Positions 38,840 to 47,861 of a DNA stretch of 64,000 nucleotides are shown here, piece by piece (position 1 is the first letter of the stretch; each line of letters starts with the position of its first letter). The notes under the pieces were generated by a model, which was not told where the DNA came from, ran no database searches, and worked only from the letters and a program-made list of their open reading frames with translations. The position numbers and the translations under genes were made by a program. Origin of the DNA: Clostridia bacterium (GTDB lineage: Bacteria; Bacillota; Clostridia; Christensenellales; CAG-138); NCBI GenBank assembly GCA_017619735.1, contig JAFZRT010000060.1:13036-77035 (forward strand), read 5' to 3'.

Positions 38840-39594
38840 TTTGCGTTTCTGAACTCCGTTGTGAATTTCGGGTCGTACAAAAGCGAGCGCAGGTATTCGC
38901 CGCCCATGCAGCCGCCGACTATTATGAGGCTGGTCTTTTTCAATCCGTTCTCGGTCACGGTCCTGTTGAGCGTGCCGACGGTGCAGCGGAATATCCTCTC
39001 GTCCGGCCACGTCGCCTTGTAGACGACCGCGGCGGGGGTATCCTCCGGATAGCCGCCCTCGATCAGATCCTTCTGGAGCTTTTCGGTAAGCAAGGTCGAG
39101 AGGAACAGCACCATGGTCGCATTGTGAGACGCAAGGGAGACTATGCTCTCCTTCTCCGGCACGGGGGTCTTGCCCGCGGCTCGCGTGATTATGACCGTTT
39201 GGCTGACGCCGGGAAGTGTGTATTCCGTCTTCAGCGACGCCGCCGCGCCGCAGAACGAGCTGACGCCGGGCGTGACGTCATAGTCGACGCCGAGCGAAAT
39301 TAGCGCGTCGAACTGCTCCCTGACCGCGCCGTAGATCGAGGAATCGCCCGTGTGCAGGCGCACGGTGGTCTTGCCCGCCGCCTCGGCGTTTTTCATTATG
39401 TCAATGACCTCTTCGAGCGTCAGACGGGCGCTGTCGAATATCTCGCAGTCCTCTCTGCAGTAGGAGAGCAGCTCCGGGTTGACGAGCGAGCCCGCCCAGA
39501 TCACGACGTCCGCCTCCGATAAAAGCCGCGCGCCGCGGACCGTGATGAGATCTGCGGCTCCCGAGCCGGCTCCGACAAAATGTATCATAGTCAT
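38836..39594 (-). CDS. cbiF: cobalt-precorrin-4 C11-methyltransferase
   Basis: 252 aa with N-terminus IHFVGAGSGAADLITVRGARLL. Confidence 0.85.
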   Translation of the reverse strand: MTMIHFVGAGSGAADLITVRGARLLSEADVVIWAGSLVNPELLSYCREDCEIFDSARLTLEEVIDIMKNAEAAGKTTVRLHTGDSSIYGAVREQFDALISLGVDYDVTPGVSSFCGAAASLKTEYTLPGVSQTVIITRAAGKTPVPEKESIVSLASHNATMVLFLSTLLTEKLQKDLIEGGYPEDTPAAVVYKATWPDERIFRCTVGTLNRTVTENGLKKTSLIIVGGCMGGEYLRSLLYDPKFTTEFRNAK

Positions 39595-40727
39595 TCCCCT
39601 CTTATGATATTCAGGTATCCGCGGGCGTTCCCGGTCTCCCCGAGTATCCCGTATTCCTTTGAGAACATTATCATTTCGACGCCCATTTCATACCCGGCGC
39701 GGCGGGCAAGGTTCGCCTGCGCCCTTTTCGTCACGCTGTCGAGCGCCGCCCTTTCGAGCGCGGGATCCGCCTCCCGCATGAGGCGCACCGCCTCGTCGCA
39801 GGCGACGCAGCCGAGTATGTCGGCGACAAGCTTATTATCTGCTCCCGCCGCGGCCGCGTGGGCGGCTATGATCTCCATGCGGCAGTCGCCGTATTTCGAG
39901 TGGGTGTTCATCATGTTCCCCGCGAGCTTGACGAGCTTGCCGATGTGGCCGATAAGGAGTACCCTCCCGAAGCCGAGCTCGCGGCAGATATCCAATGAAT
40001 CTCCTATGAAATTGGAGGTCTGCACGGCGGTCTCCGGATCTATGCGGAGCGCGGTCTTTATGAACTCCGCGCCGTAATTGCCGGGAGTGAGCAGCACGTT
40101 TTCGCACCCCATCGCGCGCCTTTGGGAAAGCTCCGCGCGGATGGTGTCGACGAGCGCCTTTTCGCTCATGGGCTCGACTATGCCCGTCGTGCCGAGCACG
40201 GATATCCCGCCGACTATGCCGAGGCGCGGATTGAAGGTCTTTTTCGCGAGCTCTTCGCCGTCGGGGATCGATATCACGACGTTAAGCCCCTCCCTGCAGT
40301 CGAAGAGCTTCATTACCTCCTCGACGTTCCGGCTTATCATGCTCCGCGGGACGGAGTTGATCGCGGCGCTGCCGACGGGCTGATCGAGCCCGGGCTTGGT
40401 CACGCGGCCCACTCCCCTGCCGCCGTCGATATGAACGCCCGGCTCGCTGCAGAAGCCGACCCTCGAATAGACGAGCGCGCCGTCCGTGATATCGGGATCG
40501 TCCCCCGCGTCCTTCCGGACAGCGCATGAGACGGCGTTCTCTGCCGTTTCGATATCCTCGATATCGAGCTCGAGCGTGATGCCCTTCGGCGTTTCGAGCG
40601 AAATATGCTCCTTCCGCCTGCCGGACAGCAGCATATACGCCGCGGCCTTGGAAGCCGCCGCCGCGCACGAGCCGGTGGTATAGCCGAGTCTTAATTTCTT
40701 TCTGTCCTGTATGATAAATTCGTTCAT
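39591..40727 (-). CDS. cbiD: cobalt-precorrin-5B C1-methyltransferase
   Basis: 378 aa with the motif LRLGYTTGSCAAAASKAA. Confidence 0.85.
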   Translation of the reverse strand: MNEFIIQDRKKLRLGYTTGSCAAAASKAAAYMLLSGRRKEHISLETPKGITLELDIEDIETAENAVSCAVRKDAGDDPDITDGALVYSRVGFCSEPGVHIDGGRGVGRVTKPGLDQPVGSAAINSVPRSMISRNVEEVMKLFDCREGLNVVISIPDGEELAKKTFNPRLGIVGGISVLGTTGIVEPMSEKALVDTIRAELSQRRAMGCENVLLTPGNYGAEFIKTALRIDPETAVQTSNFIGDSLDICRELGFGRVLLIGHIGKLVKLAGNMMNTHSKYGDCRMEIIAAHAAAAGADNKLVADILGCVACDEAVRLMREADPALERAALDSVTKRAQANLARRAGYEMGVEMIMFSKEYGILGETGNARGYLNIIRGE

Positions 40728-41353
40728 CTCGTTATCTGATATAGCATTGCGTTGACGATAGCCGCGGCGACGTTCGAGCCGCCCTTCCTGCCGCGCGCCA
40801 CTATGTGCGGGACGGAGGATGCGATTATGAGCTCCTTCGATTCGACGACGTTCACGAAGCCGACGGGCACTCCGATAATGAGCTCTGGCGAGAGCCTGCC
40901 GGCCCTTATCAGCTCGTCCAGGGCGATGAGCGCGGTCGGCGCGTTGCCGACGGCGAATATCAGCGGCTTTTCAAGCCCCGCCGCCTTTTCCATGGAGACC
41001 GCGGCGCGGGTGACGCCGCGCGCCTTGGCTTCGGCCGCCACGTCCTCGTCGCTCATGAAGCAGTGCACCTCTCCGCCGAGCCTTTGGAGGGTCGTCTTGC
41101 TTATCCCCGACTTCGCCATCTGCGTGTCGGTCACTATATCGCAGCCGTTTTTCAGCGCCTCAATGCCCTTTTTGACCGCGTGCTCCGAGAAAACGAGGTT
41201 GTCCACGTACTCGAGATCGGCGGTCGTGTGGATGACGCGCTTTATCACAAGCTCGTTTTCGGGGTCGAGGACGATCCCCCCGTCCGCCAAAATGCCCGAG
41301 ATGATCTCGAAGCTTCGCTTCTCTATTTCCATTGGCTTAATAATCTCAAACAC
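40724..41353 (-). CDS. cbiC: cobalt-precorrin-8 methylmutase
   Basis: 209 aa with VIHTTADLEY and a C-terminal GNAPTAL motif. Confidence 0.85.
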   Translation of the reverse strand: MFEIIKPMEIEKRSFEIISGILADGGIVLDPENELVIKRVIHTTADLEYVDNLVFSEHAVKKGIEALKNGCDIVTDTQMAKSGISKTTLQRLGGEVHCFMSDEDVAAEAKARGVTRAAVSMEKAAGLEKPLIFAVGNAPTALIALDELIRAGRLSPELIIGVPVGFVNVVESKELIIASSVPHIVARGRKGGSNVAAAIVNAMLYQITR

Positions 41354-42704
41354 GGTGTTTCTCCTTCAGCATTGCGTCGTAGAACCCCCTTGCAAAATCG
41401 GGCTCCGCGTAAAAATGCATGTGCGGATAGCCCGCGTAAAGCGTGTCTCCCGCGTGCACGCACGCCCACGAGCGGCCGTCCGGCTTTCGCGCGGCGAAGC
41501 CGTCGCCCGGATCCTCCGCGTCCCAATGATGGAACTCGTGCGCGGGGATGGAGCCGCCCCTTCTGCAGAGCATGTTATCCTTTTCGGCGGTGAGCCGGAC
41601 GTAGCCGAAGCGCGTGAGGCGCCCGTTGTCGAAGCTCCTGCCCTTTATGAAGCCGACCATGGGATGCTCCCCTATCGCCTCGGTAAGGTACATGAACCCG
41701 CCGCACTCGGCTATGCAGGGAAGCCCGTTCGTCAGGGCGTTCCCGACGCTTTCGCGCATAGTGATATTTGCGGAAAGGCGCTCCGCCCAGAGCTCCGGAT
41801 AGCCGCCGCCGAGGTACAGGCCGTGCACGTTTTCGGGGAGCCGCGCATCCGCGATCGGGCTGAACGGAACGATCTCCGCGCCCATTTCGCAAAGGAGGTC
41901 CAGACTGTCCTCATAATAGAAGCAGAACGCCCTGTCTCGCGCGACGGCGACGCGCACGGGCTCGCGCTTTTCGAACGGGATCGGCTCGAACTCAAGCTCC
42001 GGCGCGGATGCGGCGAGCGCGATTACGCCCTCAAGATCGATGCTCCTCTCCGCCTGTTCGGCGAGCAGACGCATCTTTTCCCTGATATCGGCTATCTCGT
42101 CCGCGGTGACGAGGCCCAGATGCCGGCTGCCTATCCCGCATTCCGGCATGCTCGGCATGAAGCCGAGGGGCTTTATGCCGAGGCGGGTCTCTGTCTCCGG
42201 CGCGAGGGCCGAATAAACCTTTTCGGTGCAGTTGTTGAATATGACGCCTTTTATGAAGCTCTCGGGGACGAAGTCAAGAAAGCCCTTTATTATCGCCAGT
42301 ATCGAGAGCGACGCGCCCCTGGCGTTGACGGTGAGCACGACGGGCGTTTTCGTGATGCGGGCGAGATCGTACGCGCCGGCCTTCGCCGTCGTGAGCCCGA
42401 GCCCGTCGTAGTAGCCCATCACGCCCTCTATTACGGTGAGATCCCTTCCCCCGCCGTTTTTCGCGAGCAGGAAGCGGAGCGTGTTTTCATCGAAAAAGAA
42501 CGGATCGAGGTTGACGGAAGGCGCGCCGATGACGCTCCTGTGGAACATGGGATCGATGTAATCCGGGCCGCACTTGGCCGCGCCCGCATCGAGCCCGCGT
42601 TTTTTTAGCGCGGACAAAACGGCGCAGGTCACGGTGGTTTTTCCGCAGCCCGAGCCCGTGCCCGCGATAAGCACCCTGTTGATATTTGCTTTGCGTTCAG
42701 TCAT
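41346..42704 (-). CDS. cbiA: cobyrinate a,c-diamide synthase
   Basis: Start set at ATG 42704 (MTERKANINRVLIAGTGSGCGKTT), 1 nt after the cobC stop. The track ORF extends to 42734. Confidence 0.85.
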   Translation of the reverse strand: MTERKANINRVLIAGTGSGCGKTTVTCAVLSALKKRGLDAGAAKCGPDYIDPMFHRSVIGAPSVNLDPFFFDENTLRFLLAKNGGGRDLTVIEGVMGYYDGLGLTTAKAGAYDLARITKTPVVLTVNARGASLSILAIIKGFLDFVPESFIKGVIFNNCTEKVYSALAPETETRLGIKPLGFMPSMPECGIGSRHLGLVTADEIADIREKMRLLAEQAERSIDLEGVIALAASAPELEFEPIPFEKREPVRVAVARDRAFCFYYEDSLDLLCEMGAEIVPFSPIADARLPENVHGLYLGGGYPELWAERLSANITMRESVGNALTNGLPCIAECGGFMYLTEAIGEHPMVGFIKGRSFDNGRLTRFGYVRLTAEKDNMLCRRGGSIPAHEFHHWDAEDPGDGFAARKPDGRSWACVHAGDTLYAGYPHMHFYAEPDFARGFYDAMLKEKHRV

Positions 42705-42705
42705 T

Positions 42706-43281
42706 TTATTCTTCCGGGAACCTGCGATACCCAACGGGCCGCGTTCCGTCGAACTCCACCGCGTAGCCCGTGCCGACGCCCGGGGTGAATGCGAACCGGC
42801 CGTTGGGGTTGGGGAAGAGCCGCGCCAGCACGCCGCCGATGACGCCGCCGTGGGTGATGACGACCGCGTCCTCGCCCGCTTCTATCACGGGCTTCAGGGC
42901 GTCAAGCGCTCTGTTTGTCACCTGCTCGCCGCTTTCGCCGCCGGGGCAGACGTTCTTTTCGTTGTCGCCGGAGCACCATTCGATGAACGCGGGATCGTCC
43001 TTCAGCTCGTCATACGAGCGCATCTCGAATTCGCCGAGGTCGATCTCCCGCATGCCGGGAAGCGCCTCGTGCGGGATATCCCCGTACAGCGCCGTGAAGG
43101 ACTGCTCCGCGCGCTTCATGCCGCTGGTGTAATGCCTTTTCACATCGGGACGGCCGCCCCTTTCGGCGAGCGCCCGAAGCTCCTTTTCGCTCTCGGCGGT
43201 GATGGGCAGGTCGGTCGCGCCGTAATAGAGGCCGCGCTCCGAGCCCTCGGTCGCGCCGTGACGGATCAGATACAGTATCAT
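42706..43281 (-). CDS. cobC: alpha-ribazole phosphatase (histidine phosphatase family)
   Basis: 191 aa with N-terminal LIRHGATE (RHG catalytic motif). Confidence 0.75.
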   Translation of the reverse strand: MILYLIRHGATEGSERGLYYGATDLPITAESEKELRALAERGGRPDVKRHYTSGMKRAEQSFTALYGDIPHEALPGMREIDLGEFEMRSYDELKDDPAFIEWCSGDNEKNVCPGGESGEQVTNRALDALKPVIEAGEDAVVITHGGVIGGVLARLFPNPNGRFAFTPGVGTGYAVEFDGTRPVGYRRFPEE

Positions 43282-43652
43282 TTGAGCACCTCGCCAAGTC
43301 CGCAGAACACCCTCGTGACGGAGGCCGCCTCCGCCGCGAGCATTTTAAGAACCGCGCCGTGCGTCTCCCGCCAGAGCCTTTCGGCGGGATCCGTCGGGAC
43401 TATGCCGCAGCCGATCTCACGCGAGATGACGACGGCGTTTTTTATATGCGGCATGAGATCCTTTACGATCTCATCCGCGGAAAGGCCTTCCGCCGCGGCG
43501 CGCCTCGTCAGCGCCTCCAGATGATAAAAGCAGGCGTATCCCCTTTCGGGAAAGCCGGAGGACAGATCGCAAAGCGCCTCCTCCGGAAAGCCGTATTTCT
43601 TTACCGCGTATGTCAGCTTTCCCTGATATGCGCCGCCGATTATCAGATCCAT
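43278..43652 (-). CDS. truncated CobU-like protein with a degenerate P-loop and no central region
   Basis: 124 aa from ATG 43652 (MDLIIGGAYQGKLTYA...). The C-terminus ISREIGCGIVPTDPAERLWRETHG resembles the CobU C-terminal half. The track ORF extends to 43859. Confidence 0.55.
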   Translation of the reverse strand: MDLIIGGAYQGKLTYAVKKYGFPEEALCDLSSGFPERGYACFYHLEALTRRAAAEGLSADEIVKDLMPHIKNAVVISREIGCGIVPTDPAERLWRETHGAVLKMLAAEAASVTRVFCGLGEVLK

Positions 43653-43654
43653 AA

Positions 43655-44401
43655 TTACCTCACAAAAACAAGTACGATAATGCCGGCAAACTCGCCGAGC
43701 GTCAGCGCGAAGCCCGAGATATCGCCGTTCATGCCGCCGAGCTGCTTCTTCCCGTACAGGCAGAAGAGCCCGTAGCCCGCGGCCGCCGCCGCGGGAGCGA
43801 GGCCCGAAAGCCCCATGAATACTATGGGTAGCACGGCCGCCGCCGCGAGCATGACGCAAAGCGGGATGACGAGGCGTTTATCGCGCTCGCGCGAATACTG
43901 GCTCGTGCTCATGGGCTTTAGGGCCAGCACCGCGATCCCCGCGCATGCGCGTGTCGAAACGGGTATGAGCGCGAGCGGGATGAGCATCGCCGCCTTATAC
44001 CACCATGAAGCGAGCACCATTATCGAGAAAACGATCAAAAGCCCCAGCGAAATGACCGCGAACGAGCCCGCGTGCGGGTCCTTCAAAATCCTCTGCCGCG
44101 TTTCGAGATCGCGCCGCGAAAGCACGGCGTCGCAGACGTCCATGAAGCCGTCGAGGTGTATAAAGCCCGTAACGATCCACGGCACGGCCATGAGTATCGC
44201 CGCCGTCAGGCCCGCTCTCGGATAGCCCAGAAGGCTCGTCAAATAAGCCGCGAGCGCCCACACGCCGCCGACGATGAGCCCTATCGCGGGCAGGAACACG
44301 AGCATCTTGTCGAGCGCCTTTTCGTCCCATTTTTTATACGGGCACGGCACGGCGAGGAACATCCCCCACGCCATGAAAAACGCGTGCAGCCATGTCTTCA
44401 T
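43655..44401 (-). CDS. cobS: adenosylcobinamide-GDP ribazoletransferase (cobalamin synthase)
   Basis: 248-aa membrane protein from ATG 44401 (MKTWLHAFFMAWGMF...), overlapping the cobU stop. Confidence 0.85.
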   Translation of the reverse strand: MKTWLHAFFMAWGMFLAVPCPYKKWDEKALDKMLVFLPAIGLIVGGVWALAAYLTSLLGYPRAGLTAAILMAVPWIVTGFIHLDGFMDVCDAVLSRRDLETRQRILKDPHAGSFAVISLGLLIVFSIMVLASWWYKAAMLIPLALIPVSTRACAGIAVLALKPMSTSQYSRERDKRLVIPLCVMLAAAAVLPIVFMGLSGLAPAAAAAGYGLFCLYGKKQLGGMNGDISGFALTLGEFAGIIVLVFVR

Positions 44402-44928
44402 TCGGGCAAACCTCCTTTGTACAGCTTCGGGATCCCGCAGGCGACCTCGGCAACGGTATCGAAACTCTCCGCAAGCCCGCGCAGTATCGCCGCGAGCCCC
44501 CTGCGGTAGGTCTCGGTCGTTTCGTCGTAAACCGCGCCGTCGCGGAATACCTCGTCCGCGACGCAGACGAAATCGGCGCATTTTTCGCTCAGCGCGAGCA
44601 GTTCGTTAAGCGCCCTTTCGGGAGCGTCGGGATCGAAGCCCGCTCCGAACATCTCGTTCGCAAGCAGCGCGGTCACGCTGTCGAAGAGCACGGCCGCGTC
44701 GTCGGGAGGAAGCTCGCCCGATAGGAGGGCCCTCCCGCGCTCGACCGTGACGAAGCCCAGCCCGGCGCGGTCCGCGATATGCCTTTCGATGCGGTCATCG
44801 TCCTCGCGGTCGGTCGGCTCCATGGTCGCCCAATAGTATCTGGGGCCGCCGTTCGAAAGCTTTATTGCGATGTCCTGGGCGAGGGAAGTTTTTCCGCTCT
44901 TCGACCCGCCCGCAAGCAGTATCCTCAT
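44398..44928 (-). CDS. cobU: bifunctional adenosylcobinamide kinase / adenosylcobinamide-phosphate guanylyltransferase
   Basis: 176 aa with P-loop LAGGSKSGKTS. Confidence 0.85.
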   Translation of the reverse strand: MRILLAGGSKSGKTSLAQDIAIKLSNGGPRYYWATMEPTDREDDDRIERHIADRAGLGFVTVERGRALLSGELPPDDAAVLFDSVTALLANEMFGAGFDPDAPERALNELLALSEKCADFVCVADEVFRDGAVYDETTETYRRGLAAILRGLAESFDTVAEVACGIPKLYKGGLPE

Positions 44929-46022
44929 GTCCTGTAATTGAAATCCTTTACTTCATCGAGGTTTTTCAGGTAGTCGTCATCTATCGCGGCCTCGTCAAAA
45001 GTCGCCATGCCGTTCATGACGGCGCAGGCCGCGCGCATGACCTGGAAGGCGATCGGGCAGCCGCTCCCCTCACCGAGGCGCATGCCGAGCAGCAGGAAGG
45101 GCGTAAGCCCCAGCTCCTTGACCGCGAGCTTATACCCCGGCTCCTCCGAGGCGTGGGAGAGGAATATGAAATCGCGCGCCGCGGGGCAGAGCCGGCATGC
45201 GGCAAGCGCGGCGACGACGGATATGAACCCGTCGGCTATGGCGGGCAGTCGGTATTTCGCGCAGCCCAGATACGCGCCGATCATTGCGGCGATATCGAGC
45301 CCGCCGACCTTCGCGACAACGTCCACGGGATCGCTTTTATCTGGGGCGTTTATGCTTATCGCCTCCCGAACGACGTTTATCTTATGCTTCAGCGCCTCGT
45401 CGTTCAGGCCGCTGCCGCGCCCCGTGACGAGCTCGGCGTCCGCTCCGGTGAGGGCCGAGAGCACAGCGGCCGACGTGGTCGTGTTGCCGATCCCCATCTC
45501 GCCGACGCCCATTGCGTCAAAGCCGTCGCGCTTCGCCTTTTCGGCCGCGCCGATACCGGCGGAGACCGCAAAGAGCGCCTCCTCACGGGTCATGGCGGGG
45601 CCTCTCAGTATGCTCGCCGTACTGCGGCGGAGCTTCCGTGTAATGAGCTCGGGTCGGTCGGGAGCGTTTATGCCTACGTCGTAGACGCGGACCTCGTTCC
45701 CGAAATATGCGGCGAGCGCGCTCATGCCCGTCCTGTGCCGCGTCATGTTGACCGCCTGCGCGAGCGTGACGGACTGCGGCGTAACGGCGACGCCCTCGTT
45801 CACCACCCCGTTGTCGGCGGCGAACACCGCGACGAGGCATTTATCCAATTCGTTCTTGACCTTCCCCGTTATCCCGGCGAGGCGTATCGAGATATCCTCG
45901 AGCCCGCCGAGGCTCCTGGGCGGCTTCGCGAGCTCGCTCTGGCGCTTGACGGCGGCCTTTACCGCCTCCGGGACAGCGGGCGAAATGCCGCTTATAAACA
46001 GTTTCAATTCAGCGTCTGTCAT
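44925..46022 (-). CDS. cobT: nicotinate-nucleotide--dimethylbenzimidazole phosphoribosyltransferase
   Basis: 365 aa with the motif GEMGIGNTTTSAAV. Confidence 0.85.
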   Translation of the reverse strand: MTDAELKLFISGISPAVPEAVKAAVKRQSELAKPPRSLGGLEDISIRLAGITGKVKNELDKCLVAVFAADNGVVNEGVAVTPQSVTLAQAVNMTRHRTGMSALAAYFGNEVRVYDVGINAPDRPELITRKLRRSTASILRGPAMTREEALFAVSAGIGAAEKAKRDGFDAMGVGEMGIGNTTTSAAVLSALTGADAELVTGRGSGLNDEALKHKINVVREAISINAPDKSDPVDVVAKVGGLDIAAMIGAYLGCAKYRLPAIADGFISVVAALAACRLCPAARDFIFLSHASEEPGYKLAVKELGLTPFLLLGMRLGEGSGCPIAFQVMRAACAVMNGMATFDEAAIDDDYLKNLDEVKDFNYRT

Positions 46023-46770
46023 TCAAAAAGCCTTTCCGGATAAGCCATTTTACCGAATCCGCAGAGTCCATGTTCTCTATCGTGAAGGTCGCTTCCGGCG
46101 ACAGGCGCAGGACTTCGTTTATTATTCTTTCGCAGTCGATATCGCCCTCGCCGAGGGGGAGATGCAGATCGTTTTCGCCGTGATTGTTGTGAAGATGGAC
46201 GTGCTTCAGGTGCTTTGCCATCGGCGCGATCCAGCCGAGGGGCGGCGTTTCGGAAATATCGCAGTTCGCGTGGCCTATGTCGAGGCACAGGCCGAGGCGC
46301 GGATCCCCGACCGCTTCGGCGATATCGGCGAGCATTTCGGGGCCCGGCTCCATTACGTTTTCGAGGGCGATGACGATATCGGCGGGCGCTTCCTTCAAAA
46401 ACTCCTTCCAGAAGCGGACGCTCTCGGAAACGTAATGCTCCGGGAAATAGACGTGCGGTATGTATCCGCCGTGGACGACGACGCGCTTTATGCCGAGGCG
46501 GGCGGCGATCTCTATCGACCGGCGGTACCTTTCCGCGGTCAGCACACGCACCTTCGGGTCTATCGCGCAGGGCGATATCTCGGCAAAGGGGGCGTGGAAC
46601 CAGAGGCTCCCCACGCCGCGCGTCTTCTCCGCCGCAGCGGAAATGTTTTTCTCGAAATCGGCGTCGATGCGCTGCGCCCAGCAGAAATCCGCGATCTCTA
46701 TCCCGAGACCGTATTCGCGGGCGATACGCGCGGCATTGTCGTCTATTGTCGAAACGTGAAACCTGTCCAT
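46009..46770 (-). CDS. xylose-isomerase-like TIM-barrel protein (sugar phosphate isomerase/epimerase family)
   Basis: 253 aa with family-like segments WFHAPF, VVVHGG, ALENV, LCLDIGHAN and HLHNNHGENDLHLPLGEGDID. It overlaps the cobT start by 14 nt. Confidence 0.65.
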   Translation of the reverse strand: MDRFHVSTIDDNAARIAREYGLGIEIADFCWAQRIDADFEKNISAAAEKTRGVGSLWFHAPFAEISPCAIDPKVRVLTAERYRRSIEIAARLGIKRVVVHGGYIPHVYFPEHYVSESVRFWKEFLKEAPADIVIALENVMEPGPEMLADIAEAVGDPRLGLCLDIGHANCDISETPPLGWIAPMAKHLKHVHLHNNHGENDLHLPLGEGDIDCERIINEVLRLSPEATFTIENMDSADSVKWLIRKGFLNDRR

Positions 46771-47861
46771 TATTCGAGCATCCCCCTATCCCTCGCAAGC
46801 GCCGCGAGCCGTCCGTTCGCCTCGTTGAGCGCGCCGATCGGCGCTCCGGCGTCGACGACCCTGCCGCACGAGAGCATGAGCTTCTTCGCTCTTTCATAAA
46901 GCTCCTCGACAACGGGCTCGAACGCGGGCGCCGTTACGCATTCCGCCGCGAGACCCTTCGCCACGCGCGCGTCGATATCGTTTTCAAAGAGTATCCCCGC
47001 CGCAAAGGGCACGCGCTCCCTTTGAAGTCTGCGGAACACGGGTATCCCGAAGCCCGCGCCTGCGATCACGAATACCGTCGGCGCGCCATCGGTCTTTTCG
47101 AGCTCGACGCTGCCGAGCGCGGGATCGTAGGAGCCCTTTTTGAGGTCGTAGAGCTCCTCTATCGGCATATCCCTCATTACTTCGTCGGGCGTGCCGAAGG
47201 CGGCGACGGTATCCCCCTTTACGCAGAGGAGCAGATCGGAGGCCTTCGCGGCGAGGTCGATCTCGTGCAGGCTCATTATCACGGTGACGCCGCGCTCGCG
47301 GGAAAGGCGGCGCAGCACGGATAAAAGCTCCGTCTTGTGCTTTATGTCGAGGAAGGCCGTCGGCTCGTCCAGTATGAGCAGCTCCGGCTGCTGCGCGAGG
47401 GCGCGCGCCAATACGACGCGCTGCTTCTGCCCGTCGGAGAGAGTCATGAAATCGCGCTCGGAAAGGTCCTTTACGCTGACGAGCTCCAGCGCGTCGTCGA
47501 CTATGCGCCTGTCCTCCTCCGTAAGCTTGCCCACCGCGTTGGTATAGGGGTATCGGCCGAGGGAGACTATCTCGCGCACGGTGCAGAGCTCCGGGCGGAT
47601 GCGGTCGGTCAGCACGACCGCCTGCTTTTTCGCGAGCTCCTTAAAGGACATGGAGCGGATCTCGCTGCCGTCCACGGCGACAGTGCCGCGGATGGACGCA
47701 AGCTGGCGGGATATCGTCTTCAATATGGTGGATTTGCCCGAGCCGTTGGGCCCGATGAGCGTGAGTATCCCGCCCCTTCGGAGGGCGATATCGATGTCCC
47801 GTATCAGCGTTTTGCCGTTGTAGCCGACGGCAAGCCCGCTCGTTTTGAAAAACTCCGTCAT
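46770..47861 (-). CDS. iron-siderophore/cobalamin-type ABC ATPase (BtuD/FecE-like) with a C-terminal extension of about 110 aa
   Basis: Start set at ATG 47861 (MTEFFKTSG...), overlapping the permease stop. Walker A GPNGSGKST and LSDGQKQR...LILDEPTAFLD are present. The tail begins around ...VELEKTDGAPTVFVIAGAGFG. Confidence 0.8.
   Translation of the reverse strand: MTEFFKTSGLAVGYNGKTLIRDIDIALRRGGILTLIGPNGSGKSTILKTISRQLASIRGTVAVDGSEIRSMSFKELAKKQAVVLTDRIRPELCTVREIVSLGRYPYTNAVGKLTEEDRRIVDDALELVSVKDLSERDFMTLSDGQKQRVVLARALAQQPELLILDEPTAFLDIKHKTELLSVLRRLSRERGVTVIMSLHEIDLAAKASDLLLCVKGDTVAAFGTPDEVMRDMPIEELYDLKKGSYDPALGSVELEKTDGAPTVFVIAGAGFGIPVFRRLQRERVPFAAGILFENDIDARVAKGLAAECVTAPAFEPVVEELYERAKKLMLSCGRVVDAGAPIGALNEANGRLAALARDRGMLE

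Noticed and set aside
43655-44581. 308-aa form of cobS, and likewise the extended track ORFs for glgC, cbiG, cbiA, purB, purC, pyrD, gcvT and gcvH
   Set aside because: The N-terminal extensions are Arg-rich read-through of the upstream gene. Internal ATGs that overlap or abut the preceding stop codon, or that follow a clear RBS, give family-typical N-termini.
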